A stretch of 18,628 bases of DNA from Ignavibacteria bacterium (GTDB lineage: Bacteria; Elusimicrobiota; Endomicrobiia; PHAN01). The stretch spans positions 1 through 18,628 of the forward strand of contig JBGFRZ010000070.1 in NCBI GenBank assembly GCA_041694835.1, written 5' to 3'. The translations under genes and the position numbers were made by a program. The notes under the pieces were generated by a model. The model had not been told where the DNA came from. It ran no database searches and saw nothing but the letters and a program-made list of their open reading frames with translations. Below are positions 14,789 through 18,628 of the stretch, piece by piece; the stretch's first letter is position 1; every line of letters starts with the position of its first letter.

Positions 14789-16512
14789 AATACTCAAAAC
14801 TCTTCATACCAACTCTTAAGGAATCTCCCGCTGATGCGGATAATGTCTCGATAAAACTTATGCTCCGCTCGGGAATGGTCAGAAAACTTTCTTCGGGAAT
14901 TTACGAGTGGCTTCCTTTGGGATTAAAAGTCTTAAAAAAAGTTGAAAATATTATTCGTGAAGAAATGAACAAAATAGACGGCCAAGAGGTGTGGCTTCCT
15001 ATTTTGCAGCCGAGAGACCTTTGGGAAGAAACCGGCAGGTGGGGTGTCTATGGGAAAGAACTTTTCCGTCTGAAAGACAGGAAGGAGTCGGATTTCTGCC
15101 TCGGACCAACGCATGAAGAAGTCATAACCGACATTGTCCGAAAAGACGTTCGCTCCTACAAAGAACTTCCGTTAATGTTATATCAGTTTGGAATAAAATT
15201 TCGCGACGAGATCCGCCCGCGTTTTGGAGTAATGAGAGCGCGGGAATTTTATATGAAAGACGCGTATTCTTTTCACGCTACCGAAGATGATGCCGAAAAT
15301 TACTATCATAAGGTTTACAACGCTTATAAAAAAATCTGTGAGCGGTGCGGATTTAAATATCGCGATGTTGAAGCTATAACGGGTGCTATCGGTGGAAAAT
15401 TTTCTCACGAGTTTATGGTTCTTGCCGAGACGGGAGAAGAAGTCATTGCGCATTGCGACTGCGGCTATGGGGCGAATGTAGAAAAAGCCGAATGTGTTCG
15501 TTACGAGCCACGAGCCATGAGCCACGAGCCACTAACCACCAAAGAAATTCACACGCCCAAAATGAAAACCGTAGAGGAAGTCGGCGCTTTTCTAAAATTG
15601 CCTTCAAGTCAATTCATAAAAACACTTGTTTACATCGCAAACAATGTGCCATATATTGTTTTGGTCAGGGGCGATTGCGAAATCAACGAATCAAAACTTG
15701 CTCAGCATCTTGGCGTGGCGGAAGTTGAACTTGCGCCCGCTGAGATTGTTCAAAAAATAACTGGTGCGGCTCTCGGATTTGCCGGCCCCGTCAATCTACC
15801 GTCTTCTGCAAAAGACATAAAAATTCTTGCAGATTACTCGGTTGAAAATATAGAAAACGGCGTCTCCGGCGCAAATAGGAATGATTACCATTTAGTAAAC
15901 ATTACTATTTACAGGGATTATACTCCGTCTGAAATTCTTGATTTAAGATGCACAAAGGAAGGGGATATCTGCCCGAAGTGTAAAAGAGGCAAACTTCAGT
16001 TTTCGCGGGGAATTGAAATAGGACACACTTTTAAACTTGGCAAAAAATACTCAGAGTTACTAAATGCGACTTTTCTTGACTCTGACGGAATGGCAAAACA
16101 TTTCATAATGGGATGCTATGGCATTGGCGTCTCAAGAATTATAGCGGCAGCGATAGAGCAAAACAACGACAAAGACGGCATAATCTGGCACCTGAACATC
16201 GCACCCTTTCAGGTTGTAATATCGCCCGTCGATTATGCCGATGAAAGAATCCGCGCCGCATCATATAAAATCTACAACGAACTACTTTCCAACAACATAG
16301 AAGTTCTCCTCGACGACAGAGACGAGCGCGCGGGGATAAAATTCAAGGATGCTGACCTCTTGGGAATCCCTTTAAGAATTACGGTGGGGAAGAAAAAACT
16401 AAATGAAGGCAAAGTAGAACTCAAACTCCGTAAAGAATCTTCCGCAAAAGACATTCCGCTCGAATCCGCAACACAAAAAACCATAAAAATTCTTTCTGGG
16501 ATTATTGATTAA
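14785..16512 (+). CDS. proS: Proline--tRNA ligase (bacterial type with INS editing domain)
   Basis: LGPTHEEVIT, KFRDEIRPRFGVMRAREF, GFAGP editing domain, GIEIGHTFKLG, MGCYGIGVSR, LLDDRDER. Confidence 0.99.
   Translation: MKYSKLFIPTLKESPADADNVSIKLMLRSGMVRKLSSGIYEWLPLGLKVLKKVENIIREEMNKIDGQEVWLPILQPRDLWEETGRWGVYGKELFRLKDRKESDFCLGPTHEEVITDIVRKDVRSYKELPLMLYQFGIKFRDEIRPRFGVMRAREFYMKDAYSFHATEDDAENYYHKVYNAYKKICERCGFKYRDVEAITGAIGGKFSHEFMVLAETGEEVIAHCDCGYGANVEKAECVRYEPRAMSHEPLTTKEIHTPKMKTVEEVGAFLKLPSSQFIKTLVYIANNVPYIVLVRGDCEINESKLAQHLGVAEVELAPAEIVQKITGAALGFAGPVNLPSSAKDIKILADYSVENIENGVSGANRNDYHLVNITIYRDYTPSEILDLRCTKEGDICPKCKRGKLQFSRGIEIGHTFKLGKKYSELLNATFLDSDGMAKHFIMGCYGIGVSRIIAAAIEQNNDKDGIIWHLNIAPFQVVISPVDYADERIRAASYKIYNELLSNNIEVLLDDRDERAGIKFKDADLLGIPLRITVGKKKLNEGKVELKLRKESSAKDIPLESATQKTIKILSGIID
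15500..15541 (+). repeat. In-frame 6x 7-mer tandem array inside proS
   Basis: GTTACGA GCCACGA GCCATGA GCCACGA GCCACTA ACCACCA = 42 bp, spanning the codons for RYEPRAMSHEPLTT. Confidence 0.85.
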
Positions 16513-16536
16513 AAAACTAATTTTCAGGACACCGGG

Positions 16537-16742
16537 ATGGCAATTAAAAAGAGTCGATTATACAGTTCAATTTGGAATTACGAGATGGAATGGACGCATC
16601 AGAGTACAAGGATTATGTCCTTGTGCTTCTTTTTGTGCGTTATGTCTCAGATAACTACCCGGGGAAGAAGGATGAGATTGTTGTTGTCCCCGAAGGCGGC
16701 AGTTTGGGCGCTCTCGTTAAACTTAAGGGCAAAACAAATATC
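16537..16742 (+). pseudogene. hsdM: Type I restriction-modification M subunit N-terminal remnant (frameshifted, truncated)
   Basis: One frame gives MAIKKSRLYSSIW. After a shift near 16575, another gives ELRDGMDASEYKDYVLVLLFVRYVSD...VPEGGS...LKGKTNI. Together these match the familiar HsdM N-terminus (MAIKKS.LYSS.W..CDELRGGMDASQYKDYVL). No methyltransferase core follows. Confidence 0.85.
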
Positions 16743-16831
16743 TGCTGCTTTAAGAGCGGACAAGAGGGCTCCGGGAGAATAGAAACAAAAAAACACAGTT
16801 GGGCAGGGTATGATTGTCAGGAGGTGTGTGT

Positions 16832-18301
16832 ATGATAAACAAAATATCACTTATAACCATTTTTTTAATTTTTAGCATGAATAAATTGGCAGTGGCAAGA
16901 GATGTTCGTTCGCCTGCGGTTGCAGGAAGTTTTTATCCCGGTTCTCCGTCGGAGTTAAGAGAGATGGTGAATGATTTTTTAAGAAAAGTAATCCCAAAGA
17001 AAATTGAAGGAGAGATTATCGCTCTAATTGTTCCTCACGCTGGATTTGTTTTTTCAGGGGAAGTTGCCGCTTATTCTTACAAGCAATTGGAAGGAAAACA
17101 TTTTGACACGGTTATTTTGCTCGGCGACAGTCACCGTGTCAGATTTTCCGGCGTTTCCGTTGGAAACTATTCCGCGTATCGTTCTCCATTAGGAGATGTT
17201 CCGATAGACAGAGATTTGGTAAATAAACTAATTAAAGAAAACCCCCAAATAAAATTTCATCCACAGGCACATCAACCAGAGCACTCTCTTGAGGTGCAAC
17301 TACCTTTTTTACAGACGGTGCTTAAAGATTTTAAACTTGTGCCAATCATAATGGGTGAACGTAGTTTGGAAACCTGTAAAATTTTGGCTGATGCACTCAT
17401 AAAACACACAAAAGGCAGAAATGTTCTTTTTATTGCATCTACGGATTTATCTCACTTTCATTCTTATGCTCGTGCGACAGAAATTGACAAAAGAGCGATT
17501 GCCACAATGAAAAAATTGGACGGAAAGTTGCTTTTTCAGGGACTTGAAGAAGAAAAATATGAACTCTGTGGCGGCGCTGCTACGGCAACTACAATGATAG
17601 TTGCTCAAAGATTGGGCGCCAAACAATCTATGCTACTAAAATATGCCAATTCAGGAGATGTGCCTTTAGGAGATAAATCCCGCGTAGTTGGTTATGCATC
17701 AATGATGCTCACTACTCAAACAAAGGAGAAGCGGACAGGGATAGAATCATTTCAACCTTTGGATGAGAAAGCACAAAGACATCTTATTAGAATTGCCCGT
17801 CAATCTATTCAGGGATATGCGACAACAGGGGCAACTCCAAAATTTGAACCACAAGATTTAAAAGTGTTAAATGAAAGACGAGGCGTGTTCGTCACTATTT
17901 ACAAAGATGGAAGAATGCGCGGTTGTATCGGCACACACACATCTGACGTCCCGCTTGTACAACAGGTTGCTCGCACCGCTATTGATGCGGCATTTTTTGA
18001 CAGACGATTCCCTCGTCTTACACCAGGAGAAGTTAATGATATAAAAATAGAACTTTCAGTGTATCTTTCCGGCTTAGTCAAAATAAACGATATTAGTCAG
18101 TACGAAATAGGTAGACATGGAATCATTATGAGAAAGGGTAGACAAGGAGCAACTTTTCTTCCCAAAGTCCCTGTTGAGCAGGGCTGGGATAGAAAAGAAA
18201 CATTAGAACAACTCTGTCGGAAAGCGGGACTGCAACCTGATGTCTGGAGAGACAAAGATGTGGAGTTTTATATTTATTCAACCCAGGTTTTTGGTGAATA
18301 A
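16832..18301 (+). CDS. AmmeMemoRadiSam system protein B (MEMO1-like) fused to protein A (AMMECR1-like)
   Basis: MEMO motifs VRSPAVAGSFYP, PHAGFVFSG, EHSLEVQLPFLQ, ASTDLSHF, LCG, VVGY. AMMECR1 motifs RGVFVT, MRGCIG, DRRFP, GRHG, ATFLPKV..EQGW, LCRKAG. AGGAGG SD at 16819-16824 supports ATG 16832. Confidence 0.92.
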   Translation: MINKISLITIFLIFSMNKLAVARDVRSPAVAGSFYPGSPSELREMVNDFLRKVIPKKIEGEIIALIVPHAGFVFSGEVAAYSYKQLEGKHFDTVILLGDSHRVRFSGVSVGNYSAYRSPLGDVPIDRDLVNKLIKENPQIKFHPQAHQPEHSLEVQLPFLQTVLKDFKLVPIIMGERSLETCKILADALIKHTKGRNVLFIASTDLSHFHSYARATEIDKRAIATMKKLDGKLLFQGLEEEKYELCGGAATATTMIVAQRLGAKQSMLLKYANSGDVPLGDKSRVVGYASMMLTTQTKEKRTGIESFQPLDEKAQRHLIRIARQSIQGYATTGATPKFEPQDLKVLNERRGVFVTIYKDGRMRGCIGTHTSDVPLVQQVARTAIDAAFFDRRFPRLTPGEVNDIKIELSVYLSGLVKINDISQYEIGRHGIIMRKGRQGATFLPKVPVEQGWDRKETLEQLCRKAGLQPDVWRDKDVEFYIYSTQVFGE

Positions 18302-18352
18302 AATGGCAATCGTGAAAATACAATAAATTTTTTTAGTGAAAAATAACTGAAT

Positions 18353-18511
18353 ATGAAAAATGAAAAAGTGAGTTGGTTGGAAACGGCGAAAAAAAAGCTC
18401 CTACATATCAACGATACACCAGAAAGAATTGCTTTAGGGTTTAGTGTTGGAGCGTTTATCGGGATATTTCCTACTTTTTATCTTGGTGGAATTTTAACCA
18501 TTGCATTGTGA
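18353..18511 (+). pseudogene. Truncated DUF2062-like membrane protein (52 aa)
   Basis: Manual translation MKNEKVSWLETAKKKLLHINDTPERIALGFSVGAFIGIFPTFYLGGILTIAL*. DTPERIALGFSVG.FIG.FP is typical of DUF2062 N-termini, and the family is normally much longer. Confidence 0.7.
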
Positions 18512-18628
18512 GAGTGTTGAAAAAGTCAGTATTTAGCAAAGCCAGCGCCATTTAGCCGGTAGGTTTAGCAATTTATGTTTGAAAAATTGCTGACAGTTCT
18601 TTCAATTTCTGAATTTTCTCTCAAACTT
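18510..18628. mobile_element. Possible IS terminus interrupting the DUF2062-like gene
   Basis: GAGAGTGTTGAAAAAGTC begins exactly where the DUF2062-like frame stops and resembles IS5/IS1182-type terminal inverted repeats. The other end and the transposase are not visible. Confidence 0.4.

Noticed and set aside
15802-16454. TCTTCYGCAAAAGACAT occurring twice in proS (15802-15818 and 16438-16454, both SSAKDI)
   Set aside because: A single 17-bp near match with no structure or further copies; probably coincidence.
16743-16815. Possible HsdS C-terminal remnant (…GQGMI resembling KQGMMQ)
   Set aside because: Only three residues match and the spacing is off; not supportable without a search.
487-18323. 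Numerous short antisense or alternate-frame ORFs in the ORF track (e.g. 487-759, 1754-2068, 3760-4143, 4417-4827, 9051-9476, 11886-12275)
   Set aside because: They lie on top of well-supported conserved genes, have no recognisable motifs and read as shadow ORFs.

Overview
Bacterial chromosomal window that is mostly housekeeping. A flavin transferase gene (apbE, - strand) is divergent from a complete rnfCDGEAB operon. The conserved rpsB-tsf-pyrH-frr-uppS-cdsA-dxr-rseP-ispG-greA-proS cluster follows on the same strand. The short accessory tail holds a frameshifted and truncated hsdM remnant, an AmmeMemoRadiSam B-A fusion gene with an N-terminal hydrophobic leader, and a truncated DUF2062-like gene. 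Both window ends appear to run into IS elements: an IS1595-like Zn-ribbon N-terminus at the left and a possible IS terminal repeat at the right. The most unusual signal is non-coding. Most larger spacers contain small palindromic insertions of three kinds: (i) degenerate 7-mer and 8-mer tandem arrays in inverted, nested arrangement, with one 7-mer element present twice in opposite orientation; (ii) 7-mer arrays in frame inside proS and ispG; (iii) a 123-bp MITE-like element with 13-bp terminal inverted repeats in the cdsA/dxr ATGA overlap, with a TGAA duplication, plus a 14-bp minimal relative upstream of apbE. A t44-type rpsB leader RNA is also visible. All calls come from reading the sequence by eye; no database searches were run.
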